Positions 19,167 through 28,076 of a stretch of DNA of 64,000 nt are shown one piece after another. The DNA lies in NCBI GenBank assembly GCA_963730995.1, contig CAVSUB010000005.1, forward strand, positions 67,408 to 131,407, given 5' to 3'. Both the position numbers and the translations under genes were made by a program. The number at the start of each line of letters is the position of its first letter. Position 1 is the stretch's first letter. Under the pieces are notes generated by a model that was not told the origin of the DNA, searched no databases, and saw only the letters and a program-made list of their open reading frames with translations. The stretch is from an uncultured Acidobacteriota bacterium. Its GTDB lineage: Bacteria > Acidobacteriota > Vicinamibacteria > Vicinamibacterales > 2-12-FULL-66-21.

Positions 19167-22100
19167 TCACAGACCATCCAGGTATCGCCGGGCGTCCTGA
19201 GGTACTGCGGTAAATCGCAGCACGAACGAGCGATCCACCGGCGGGCGGCGCAGCACTTTTCCGTAGATTCCGGCGATGGGTCCCCCCTCGGTGGGCTTCA
19301 GCAGCAGCTTCAGATCGGTGAGGGGGGGCGGCGGCGTCAGGCTCTGGATCTCGGCCTCGTTCGTCGAGAGCCTGACGATCATCCCGTCCTGCTGCTCCCG
19401 CGCGACGTCCTTTCCTCTCACCCACTGAAACGACACGGGCAGCGCGGGCTCGACGTCGGTCCATTTGACCTCGCGCCGCGGGAGCTCGAGGCCGTGCACA
19501 CCGCCCAACCCGCCGATCTCGTACAGCGTTATGGGGTGTGTCACGCCTTTGGGCTCGACGGTCTGGTCGCCAAGGATCGTGAGCGGCGCCTTGACGGCGT
19601 CGCGAGTGGCGCCGGCGATGAGGATCTGACCGCCGATGGTGTACCCCTCGATCCGGCCCGCGAGGTTGACGTTGCTTCCCACCACTCCGTACTTCGCTCG
19701 TTTGCGCGAGCCGATATTGCCCACGACGACTTCCCCGGTGTTGATGCCGATACCCATCTCGAGCTCGGGCAGGCCGTTCTCCACATTCCACGCATTGACC
19801 CTGGGCATGGCCAGCTGCATCTCGAGCGCGCATGCGACTGCCCGCTCCGCGTCGTCAGGCCGCTGGAACGGCGCACCGAAGATCGTCAGAATCGCGTCGC
19901 CGATGAATTCGTCGATCGTTCCGTTATATTTCTGGATGATCGTCGTCATCTCGCTGAGGTAGTTGTTCAGCAGGGTGACGATGGTCTCGGGAGGAAGCGA
20001 GTCGGAGAACGCGGCAAAGCCGCGCAGATCCGACATCATGATCGTGACGGTCTTCTTCTGGCCGCTGAAATCCAGATCTTCCACGGACTTGAGGAGGTTG
20101 TCGGCGATCTCGCTCGTCAGGTAGCGGCCGAAGGTCTGCTCGATGAACCGGTTGCGGACCTCGAGCTGCTCCGTCCGCGCCCGCACCTTGTCCTCGAGGT
20201 GCTCGACGATTTCGGCGTTCTTGATCGACACGGCGATCTGTCCCGACAGGAGCTCCAGAAGCTCCGTGCGTTCGGGCGTGAACGCCGCGCTCGCCAGATC
20301 GTTCTCGAGATACACGAGGCCGATCAGCTGGCCCTGGTTCAGAATCGGCTGGCAGAGGATGGACCGCGTCTCCTTCTTCTGCACGTAAGGGTCCGCCATG
20401 AACCGTCGATCCTGTTGCGCGTCGTCGACAACGACGACCTGTTTCGTCCGCGCGGCGAAATGAACGACGCCGAGGGGTGCGAGGCCGGCGCCGTCCGGTG
20501 AGTCGATCGGAATCGACATGAGGACTGCGACGTCGTCGGATACGACGCTGCCCTCGGCCTCGACGAACAGCTCACCATCACGCGAGAGGAGAAGGACACC
20601 GCGCTGGGCCCCCGCGTTCTCGATCAGGATGCCGAGCAGGCGCTCGAGCAGGCGTCCGAGCACGACTTCGCCGGAGATGGTCTGCCCGGCCTTGATCAGC
20701 GTGGTGAGGTCGAGACTTGACACCCCGGATCGCGTCGTCGTCGTTGGCCGAGCGGGCGCGATCCTCGTCGTCGCTGTGCCGGAGGCTGCGCCGCGCGCGT
20801 CGCGGTACTCGGTGAGCAGCTGAGGAAACTCGACCTCGAGCTCTTCGATCTTTCGATTCGCCCCCCACAGCTGATAGCCGTAGCGGGCATCGCGCAGATA
20901 CATCGCGCCGACCCGCGACTTCGGACGACGCTCCATGACGAACCGCGCGGCGAGCTCGTTGGCGACCGCCTCGTCCTGCACGAAGCGGCTCTCGTGCGCC
21001 GCGTCGATCGCCTTGTCGTACAGGTCTGCCGCAGCCGTTTCGTCCCCGCTGATGCGGGCTATCTCGGCCTCGACCATCAGCCGCTTCGAGAGGTAGTTGT
21101 CGGGGCAACTGTCGGACCAAACCGTCAGCTGCGCGAGGTTCGCTCTGAGCTGCTCCATGGCCGCCACGCGATCCTCGTCGCTGCTTCCTTCCCAGAGCGC
21201 TGCCAGGGACAGCGACTGGTAGAGCAGGCGGTCCGCGAGATTCGGGTGATTGACGATGAAGCTCAGCATGCCCTCGATTTCACGAGTGGCGTCGAGAGCC
21301 TCCGCGGGACGGCCGAACAGGTACAGGGCCTGCGCCTTGAGGATCTTGTAGAAGCAGATCGCCATCGCGATCTGATGCTTCTCGCAGGACTGGAGAAAGG
21401 TGGCCTCGTCCACTCCGCCGCCGGCGAAGTCGAAGCTCGATTTCGTCCGTCCAGCCAGCGTAGACAGGACGATCTGGTGCGCCAGGATCCCGGCGCCGGC
21501 GCCAGGGTTCTGCGTGCGCGACGTGAACCCGAGCTGATCGGGCAAGCCGTCGAGCAGGTCGTCAAGGCGTCTGCCCGCGAAGGCATCCAGGACGACCCGG
21601 TACATGACCAGGTAGCCGGCCCAAAGGATGTCGCCCGAGTTGAGGCCCTCCTGGTAGCCCCTGTCGATGACCGGAATCGCGTGGCGGACGTGTCGGACCC
21701 ACGGCATCAGCTCGGAGCCGAGCACGAGACAGACTGTCGCCGTGGGCGCGCGGCCCTGGAACCTGTCGCAGAGGCGCAGCGCGAGCTCGCCGAACTCGTG
21801 GCCCTCTTTGTATCTCCCCATGAACGCGCCGATGATGAGGCCGTAGTTCGCGAACGAGAGGGCTGATTCCGGCGCGTTGCCGTGCTCGATCGAAATCCGG
21901 ACCGACGTGCCGACGATGAGCGGGAACAACTCCTGGTTGGAGAGGAACGCGGCGATGGTGAGATGGCGCAGGCAGCGCTGCGCCAGCGCCATCTCCGCGC
22001 TGTCGACGTCGGGATTATTGAAGAGCGACGCGGTGTCACGGCCGGCGAGCATGGCTCCCACCGTGCCCATGGCTTGCTGACCGGCCTGCTGCACGTTGGT

Positions 22101-24689
22101 CAGCGGCAGTTCGACACCCACCAGGGCCAGCGCCTGGCGGCCCGCATGGAGCGCCTCTTTGAACTGCGTGAGCAGGGTGTGCTGCGCGATCCGCGTGAAG
22201 TAGACCTCCGCCTTCTCGAGATCGGTTCGAGCCTGGTCCAGTGTGATGGCAACGATCTCGCTGCAGCGATCGAAATTGCCGTTCAGGTACTCGAGCTCGG
22301 CGCGCTGGCGGAACGCCTCGATCGTGAGCTCGTAGCTCTTTTGCCACCCGTCGTCACGAAGAAGGCCCTGAGCGATGCGGACGTACGAGAGGGCGGCGGC
22401 GTACGCCGACGCCTCGGATGCTTTGCGGGCGGCGTCGACATTGAGCTTCGCCAGGCCGGTTCGTTCGTCCTTGTCGGTGATCAGCTCGCGCCCGAAGTTG
22501 AGATGGTCGACGACTTCGAAGGTCCGCTCCTTGAGCGCATCAGCCGGCAACGTGGCCTGCAGGCGCCGGCCGATGGTCAGATGGACGTCACGCTGCCGGT
22601 CTTCCTCGATGAGGCCGTAAGCCGCCTGCTGCACGCGGTCGTGCTGAAACCCGAACTCCTGCACGACGAGCGGTGAGAGCACGTCCGCGGTGTCGGTGGC
22701 CGCGAGCTCGGACAGCGGACGGATCAGCTCCTCTTCTACGGCCGGTCGCAAACTCTCGAACGTCTCATGCGGCGTCGATTTCTGGATCAGGGCGAGCGTG
22801 TCGATGTCGAATCGATTGCCGATGCAGGCGGCGAGTTGCAGCGCCTCCTGCGTCGCGGGAGCGAGCCGTCTCAATTTGCCGAGCAGAAGGTCCACGACGT
22901 TGTCGGTGATCCGCGTGGACTTGATGGCCTGGATGTCCCACGTCCACCGCGAACGTTCTCCTGCCGCGGGAGGCGCCTCCTTGATGAGGCCCTCGTGATG
23001 CAGCGCCAGCAGGAACTGACGCACGAAGAGCGGATTTCCCTGGGTTTTCTGGACCACCAAACGAGCCAGCGCGGTCAACTGGGCAGCGTCGGCCTGGAGC
23101 GTATCGGCGAGGAGCCTGGCGACGTCGGCCAGGCCAAGAGGCGCGAGCGTCAGCGTCGTCACGGCGCCGCCGCCATCGCGGATGCCACGCAGCGTCAGCG
23201 ACAGGGGATGCATCGCGTTCACTTCGTTGTCGCGATACGCCCCGATGAGGAAAAGGCGGCTGATCCCGTCGTCGGTGAGAACGACGCGAAGCAGAGCGAG
23301 CGTGGCGGAGTCGGCCCACTGCAGATCGTCGAGAAAGAGGACGATGACCCTCTCGCGCGCGCAGAGGGCGCGCAGGAGCTGCCCGATGGCGCGGTTGAAG
23401 CGGTTCGTGGCTTCCGCCGCGCCGAGCTCCGGAACGGAGGGCTGCGGACCGACGATCAACTCGAGATCCGGCAGCACGTCGAGGATCACCCGCGCGTTCG
23501 GCTCCAGCGCCTCGATGAGATCCCGCCGCCAGACGGCGAGCCGCGCCTCGCTTTCCGTCAGGAGCTGGCGGACCAGGTCACGAACCGCCGCCACGAGACC
23601 CGAGTACGGGACGTTGCGCTGCAGCTGGTCGAACTTCCCGCTGATGAAGTAGCCCCGCGCCTTCGTGATCGGCTTGTGGACCTCGTGGATCAATGCCGAC
23701 TTGCCGACGCCGGAGTAACCAGCGACCAGGAGCATCTCCGCAGGGCCTCGGCGCGTGCGCTCGAAGGCCTCGAGCAGCCGCTCGACTTCGTTGTCGCGCC
23801 CATAGAGCCGTTCCGGGATCTGGAACCGTTCGCAGTGATCGTTCCGGCCCGGCTCGAACCGCTCGAGCCCGGCGGAGCTGCGCACTGTTTCCAGATCGGC
23901 CACCAGGCCTGCCGCGCTCTGGTAGCGGCCCTCGGCCTTCTTGGCCATCAGCTTGGAGATGACCTTGGAGAGCGCCAGCGAGACGTCCGGATTCCGCCGA
24001 TGCGCCGGGACGGGTTCGCGCGCGATCTGGGAGTGAACGAGCTCGATCTCGTCGTCTGCGTCGAACGGACGGCTCCCCGTGACCATCTGGTAGAACGCCG
24101 CGCCGAGTGAGTAGAAGTCCGTTCGATAATCGAGCGAGCGATTCATCCGGCCAGTCTGCTCGGGTGACATGTAGGCCAGAGTCCCTTCGAGCACGTCGGG
24201 GCTCTTCAGCACCGGCTGCTCCGTGGAGAAGCGCGTCGCGATGCCGAAGTCGATGATCTTGACCTCGCCGGTCGCGGGATTGATGACCAGGTTCGCCGGA
24301 CAGATGTCCTTGTGGATGATGTGAGCGCGGTGCACCTGCCCGAGCGCCACCGCCACCTGGATTGCGGTGTCGAAGAACTCGTCGAGTGACAGCGACCGGT
24401 CTTTCAGCAGGCTCGCAATCGACATCCCTCCGAAGTCCTCGAAGACCATCAGCAGCGTCTTCTCGTGGCGGCGGAGCTCGTAGCAGTGGATGATCCCCGG
24501 CAGGTCGAGGCTCTGGGTGATCTCGAACTCCCGCCGGTACCGCGCGAGCTCGCCGGTCGTCGGAAAGTCGTTCTTGAGGACCTTGATCACGACGGGAAGC
24601 CCGTCGCTGTCGCGGACACCCCGCAGTACCAGGGAATTCTTGCTCTCGTAGAGCCGCTCTCTGACCTGGAAGCCTTGAATGAAGGACAT
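19167..24689 (-). CDS. Ser/Thr kinase - AAA ATPase - helical repeats - GAF - class III nucleotide cyclase (HstK-like)
   Basis: HKDICPAN/DFG/YMSPEQTG; GYSGVGKS; LDDLQWAD; GAF (SILCQPI..YLEN); MSDLRGF, IDEFIGDA, KYGVVGSNVNLAGR. Confidence 0.92.
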   Translation of the reverse strand: MSFIQGFQVRERLYESKNSLVLRGVRDSDGLPVVIKVLKNDFPTTGELARYRREFEITQSLDLPGIIHCYELRRHEKTLLMVFEDFGGMSIASLLKDRSLSLDEFFDTAIQVAVALGQVHRAHIIHKDICPANLVINPATGEVKIIDFGIATRFSTEQPVLKSPDVLEGTLAYMSPEQTGRMNRSLDYRTDFYSLGAAFYQMVTGSRPFDADDEIELVHSQIAREPVPAHRRNPDVSLALSKVISKLMAKKAEGRYQSAAGLVADLETVRSSAGLERFEPGRNDHCERFQIPERLYGRDNEVERLLEAFERTRRGPAEMLLVAGYSGVGKSALIHEVHKPITKARGYFISGKFDQLQRNVPYSGLVAAVRDLVRQLLTESEARLAVWRRDLIEALEPNARVILDVLPDLELIVGPQPSVPELGAAEATNRFNRAIGQLLRALCARERVIVLFLDDLQWADSATLALLRVVLTDDGISRLFLIGAYRDNEVNAMHPLSLTLRGIRDGGGAVTTLTLAPLGLADVARLLADTLQADAAQLTALARLVVQKTQGNPLFVRQFLLALHHEGLIKEAPPAAGERSRWTWDIQAIKSTRITDNVVDLLLGKLRRLAPATQEALQLAACIGNRFDIDTLALIQKSTPHETFESLRPAVEEELIRPLSELAATDTADVLSPLVVQEFGFQHDRVQQAAYGLIEEDRQRDVHLTIGRRLQATLPADALKERTFEVVDHLNFGRELITDKDERTGLAKLNVDAARKASEASAYAAALSYVRIAQGLLRDDGWQKSYELTIEAFRQRAELEYLNGNFDRCSEIVAITLDQARTDLEKAEVYFTRIAQHTLLTQFKEALHAGRQALALVGVELPLTNVQQAGQQAMGTVGAMLAGRDTASLFNNPDVDSAEMALAQRCLRHLTIAAFLSNQELFPLIVGTSVRISIEHGNAPESALSFANYGLIIGAFMGRYKEGHEFGELALRLCDRFQGRAPTATVCLVLGSELMPWVRHVRHAIPVIDRGYQEGLNSGDILWAGYLVMYRVVLDAFAGRRLDDLLDGLPDQLGFTSRTQNPGAGAGILAHQIVLSTLAGRTKSSFDFAGGGVDEATFLQSCEKHQIAMAICFYKILKAQALYLFGRPAEALDATREIEGMLSFIVNHPNLADRLLYQSLSLAALWEGSSDEDRVAAMEQLRANLAQLTVWSDSCPDNYLSKRLMVEAEIARISGDETAAADLYDKAIDAAHESRFVQDEAVANELAARFVMERRPKSRVGAMYLRDARYGYQLWGANRKIEELEVEFPQLLTEYRDARGAASGTATTRIAPARPTTTTRSGVSSLDLTTLIKAGQTISGEVVLGRLLERLLGILIENAGAQRGVLLLSRDGELFVEAEGSVVSDDVAVLMSIPIDSPDGAGLAPLGVVHFAARTKQVVVVDDAQQDRRFMADPYVQKKETRSILCQPILNQGQLIGLVYLENDLASAAFTPERTELLELLSGQIAVSIKNAEIVEHLEDKVRARTEQLEVRNRFIEQTFGRYLTSEIADNLLKSVEDLDFSGQKKTVTIMMSDLRGFAAFSDSLPPETIVTLLNNYLSEMTTIIQKYNGTIDEFIGDAILTIFGAPFQRPDDAERAVACALEMQLAMPRVNAWNVENGLPELEMGIGINTGEVVVGNIGSRKRAKYGVVGSNVNLAGRIEGYTIGGQILIAGATRDAVKAPLTILGDQTVEPKGVTHPITLYEIGGLGGVHGLELPRREVKWTDVEPALPVSFQWVRGKDVAREQQDGMIVRLSTNEAEIQSLTPPPPLTDLKLLLKPTEGGPIAGIYGKVLRRPPVDRSFVLRFTAVPQDARRYLDGL

Positions 24690-24699
24690 TTTCTATTCC

Positions 24700-24780
24700 G
24701 GGGGGCTTCGCCCCGCCGGACCCCCCAGCGCCGGCGCTCGCGGGGGCCCCATGCCCCGCTTACGCGCGCCGTCGCGCCGC
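24700..24780. repeat. GC-rich palindromic intergenic repeat (GGGGGCTTCGCCCCGCCGGACCCCC type)
   Basis: Short hairpins GGGG-CTTCG-CCCC and AGCGCCGGCGCT between the halogenase and kinase genes. Confidence 0.45.
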
Positions 24781-26061
24781 CCGTCGTCGAGGCGTGTCGT
24801 AGTAACCGATTCCGTGGCCTACCTGGGCAAAATTGAGCTCCGAGAAATTGCCGAAGGGCCGGTAGATGCTCAGAAGCGGATAGACCTCCCTGTCCCAGGT
24901 CTCCTGATCCTTGCAGCCTGAGAGCGCGAGGGCTGGCAGCGTCCGCCCCGCTTCCACGAATTCCCCCATTTCTTCGAGATGGTCCCGGGCGATGTCGCTC
25001 TCGCTGGCGCGTTCCATGCCCTGCCGGGCGTACCGCCAGAATGCCGTGTCCCACAGGGAGCCACACGCATAGTGCCAGGCAACGAACAGCGAATTGCGGC
25101 AGACGAACCCTACCATACCCTCGTTGAAAGCCTCGAGTTCGTCGAGATCCGTGCTGCTTTCGGGACCGTGCTCCGCGATCCAGTGCGCCGCCGAGCGGAT
25201 TTCAACGATGGCGGTGGCGATTCCGGTTGCTTCGAGCGGCTCCAGGAACGAGGCCGAGTTCCCCACCCAGAAGATCCGGCCGTCGAAGAACCTGCGGCGG
25301 AGAAAGTTCGGGAAATTCAGCATTCCCCGGTGCGTCCAGCCTGTGACGCCCTCCTCCTTCAGACTCAACGTGAAGTCGGCCTCCACTTCGGCGTCGGAAC
25401 TGATACTGGGATTGAAGATGTAGCCGGTGGACGTCGCATCCTGCAGGGGGATGTGGAAGATCCAGCCGTGCGGACGCGCCGCCGCGCGAGTCACTCCCGA
25501 CAGAGCACCCGGCGGCAGCCAGCGAAGGTTCGCCCGGCTTGTGGGGATCCAATCCAGCTGGATCAGATCGCCCGGTGCTTCGGCCGCGGGCCGTGGGAAT
25601 CCTCGCGCGTCGAACACGTAGTCGCAGAGATGCGTCGTCTTGTCGCCGAGCGTCACGAGGACGCCATGGGGCAGCGTTCGCAATTCCTCCACACGCGCGT
25701 CGATGTGCTGCGCACGAACGTGCTCGGCGATCACGCGGACCACCTTCGTGGCGTCGAAGTGGTAGCCGATCAGCCGTACGGGCTGGAACCGGTTCACGAA
25801 CTCGGATCCGTTGGCGCCCCAGCCGTCGAAGCGGGTGCCGTTCTTCAACGTGGCGCCGCAATGCTCGGCGAGATCGCTGAAGCCGAGGCCGGTGACCTCC
25901 TCCAGCCAGACCGGGAATCGCGGGGTCGTACCCTCGCCCACGCCGATGGTCGGGATGCTCGAGTCGAACACGTGCAGGAGCTCTGCCTCCGGCAGACTCC
26001 GCGTCACGTGCGCGGCCGCAATGAATCCGGCAGTGCCACCGCCGACGACTGCGATCCTCAT
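24760..26061 (-). CDS. Tryptophan-halogenase-family flavoprotein
   Basis: GGGTAG, IGVGEGT, ATLKNG (catalytic Lys position), DARG, GWIFHIP, FLEPLEATG. Confidence 0.85.
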   Translation of the reverse strand: MRIAVVGGGTAGFIAAAHVTRSLPEAELLHVFDSSIPTIGVGEGTTPRFPVWLEEVTGLGFSDLAEHCGATLKNGTRFDGWGANGSEFVNRFQPVRLIGYHFDATKVVRVIAEHVRAQHIDARVEELRTLPHGVLVTLGDKTTHLCDYVFDARGFPRPAAEAPGDLIQLDWIPTSRANLRWLPPGALSGVTRAAARPHGWIFHIPLQDATSTGYIFNPSISSDAEVEADFTLSLKEEGVTGWTHRGMLNFPNFLRRRFFDGRIFWVGNSASFLEPLEATGIATAIVEIRSAAHWIAEHGPESSTDLDELEAFNEGMVGFVCRNSLFVAWHYACGSLWDTAFWRYARQGMERASESDIARDHLEEMGEFVEAGRTLPALALSGCKDQETWDREVYPLLSIYRPFGNFSELNFAQVGHGIGYYDTPRRRAARRRA

Positions 26062-27359
26062 TGTGCGCAGAGATCCGTCAGGGTTTCGATCGGTCGAAGG
26101 AGATGCTGCACCGCCAGAAGGGCATGAGCGATTTCGGAGCTCTTCGGAGCAGCCTCGCAGAACCGGGCGAGACAGTCATCGTTGTGCGCGGCAGGATTCC
26201 CGTCAGCGTCGCAGCCGGTCGCAAGCCGCCACGGCTGAACGTGGAATGCCGCGAGGTGCTTCTGGAATTCCCCTCCGGCGACGTGCAGGCTGACTTCGCG
26301 ATCGAGGAACTCGCGGAGGAGAACCACGCCGCGGGCGGCCACCGTCATGCCCAGCCCGAAATACGGATCGAGCGCGCATGCCGAATCACCGAGAGCGACG
26401 AGCCCCGCCGGCCAGTCAGGGGCGCGATCGTAGTGCCTCAATCGATTGCCGGCGATCCCGTAGTGCTGGATTGGCCCGAGAGGCTTTGCCCGCTCGAGCG
26501 CTGCTCGTAGCCTGCCCCCGCCGAGGCCATCGGTGAACTCCAGAAAGGCCTTGTCGTCTGCAGGAAGCGGGTCTCCGGCAGGAGCCAGGAGCACGACGCC
26601 CCAGCAATCGTGCTCGGCGCGCAGCATCATGGCGGCGCGAGCGTGACTGCCCGCCGGCGCGACTGAAAGGCAGTGCCAGTCGGGTGCGTCGTATGGCGCC
26701 AGCTCGAACCAGCGCGACACGTACTGCGTTCCGGAATCGACGACAGTCTCGTCCACCGGCGATGCCGCCCTGTCGGGCACCGTGCCGAGCCACTCCGGGA
26801 GTCTCGAGCCACGGCCGCTCGCGTCCACGACGAGATCGGCTGCGACGGACGTCTCTCCGGAACCGTCGACTCCGGTCGTTCGGACGCCGGCCACCCGTCG
26901 TCCGGTTCCGAGCAACGCGACGACCTGCTGGCCCTCCAGCACCTGCACGTTCGCCTGCGCCTCGAGAGCACGCCGCAGGACGCGCTCGAGCAAAGACCTG
27001 GAACAGGCGTACGTGATGATGCCGGACGGCGTCCGCGGCAGCCAGCCAGCGGGGAACTGCATTACCGCGTCCGCGGATGCGTCGATGGGAACCGCGCCGA
27101 GCCCGACAAGGGCTTCTCTCCAGCCGGGCACGACTTCGTCGAAAGCTGCGGCTCCTCCCGCCATCAGCAGATGGAGGCACCGGCTCTGCGGCGCGCCTCG
27201 GCGCGAAGCAGGTGCGGGCGAGGCTGGATCAGCGGGATACGGGTAACGCTCGAGAACGGTCACGCGCTCGAATCGAGCCGCGAGCATGCGTGCGGCCAGC
27301 AGCCCGCCGATTCCCCCGCCGATGACGATTCCCTGCCCGGTCATGGTCGTAGAGTGCAC
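26058..27359 (-). CDS. FAD-dependent oxidoreductase/monooxygenase
   Basis: GGGIGG..VLER, PQSR.LH, DASGRGS, GDSACALDPYFGLGMT; ATGA overlap with the halogenase; alternative start 27344. Confidence 0.85.
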   Translation of the reverse strand: MHSTTMTGQGIVIGGGIGGLLAARMLAARFERVTVLERYPYPADPASPAPASRRGAPQSRCLHLLMAGGAAAFDEVVPGWREALVGLGAVPIDASADAVMQFPAGWLPRTPSGIITYACSRSLLERVLRRALEAQANVQVLEGQQVVALLGTGRRVAGVRTTGVDGSGETSVAADLVVDASGRGSRLPEWLGTVPDRAASPVDETVVDSGTQYVSRWFELAPYDAPDWHCLSVAPAGSHARAAMMLRAEHDCWGVVLLAPAGDPLPADDKAFLEFTDGLGGGRLRAALERAKPLGPIQHYGIAGNRLRHYDRAPDWPAGLVALGDSACALDPYFGLGMTVAARGVVLLREFLDREVSLHVAGGEFQKHLAAFHVQPWRLATGCDADGNPAAHNDDCLARFCEAAPKSSEIAHALLAVQHLLRPIETLTDLCAQ

Positions 27360-27370
27360 GGTGCCGCGAG

Positions 27371-28006
27371 TCAGCCCTTGTGGCCGCGAGGAACCCTGAG
27401 ATCCTTCGGGATCTCGTACGAAATGCGCGTGAATGTCTGCGCTATGACGAATCGGACCGTCCCCGTCGGAAAGTACGCGGGAGGATCGCCGCCTCGTCGT
27501 GACGAAGAGAACTGTCGCCGCGCGGCGGCCGTCGCGGGCGCGGCCATGACATAGGGCCCGATGATGTGCCGTTCGTTCGGGCCCACGAAATACTGGTTGT
27601 TGTAGTAGTCGGCGTAGTAACGACCGTTCTTGTCTTTCGTCCTGAGGTGGAACAGATAGATGCCCGGTCGTGTCTCCACGCCGTCGATGAGCGTCCCCGA
27701 GTGTTCGTCCTCGCCGCCGCAGGACTTGCCGGTGACCTTGAGGTCGACGGTCAGCTGCGAGAAGTTGCGCACGGCCGCGACGTCGGCCGTGTTATAGCCG
27801 GAATCGTCGAGCAGGTTCTCAACGCTGTCCTCCTGGTCCTGCTGGAAGTGGAGGAGCTTGTTCGGTACGTGCCAGTAGATGGCGACACGGCTCTGAATCG
27901 AATCCTGGTAGACGCCCTTGGCATCGTAGACCGTGGCGATCCCGGCCCAGTATCCGACCATCAGATCGTACGGAACGGCGTCGTTGAAGCTCTTTTGCAT
28001 GGTCAT
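27371..28006 (-). CDS. Hypothetical beta-rich protein in the RiPP operon
   Basis: ATG 28006 with GGAGAG RBS; aromatic-rich alternating pattern; N-terminal GYW.G (lipocalin-like GxW). Confidence 0.7.
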   Translation of the reverse strand: MTMQKSFNDAVPYDLMVGYWAGIATVYDAKGVYQDSIQSRVAIYWHVPNKLLHFQQDQEDSVENLLDDSGYNTADVAAVRNFSQLTVDLKVTGKSCGGEDEHSGTLIDGVETRPGIYLFHLRTKDKNGRYYADYYNNQYFVGPNERHIIGPYVMAAPATAAARRQFSSSRRGGDPPAYFPTGTVRFVIAQTFTRISYEIPKDLRVPRGHKG

Positions 28007-28076
28007 GGACTCTCCACCTTGCTGCGCTGCCGGAGGGCGGCCCTCCCGGACGCGCCCTGCATCCACACATTCGGAT

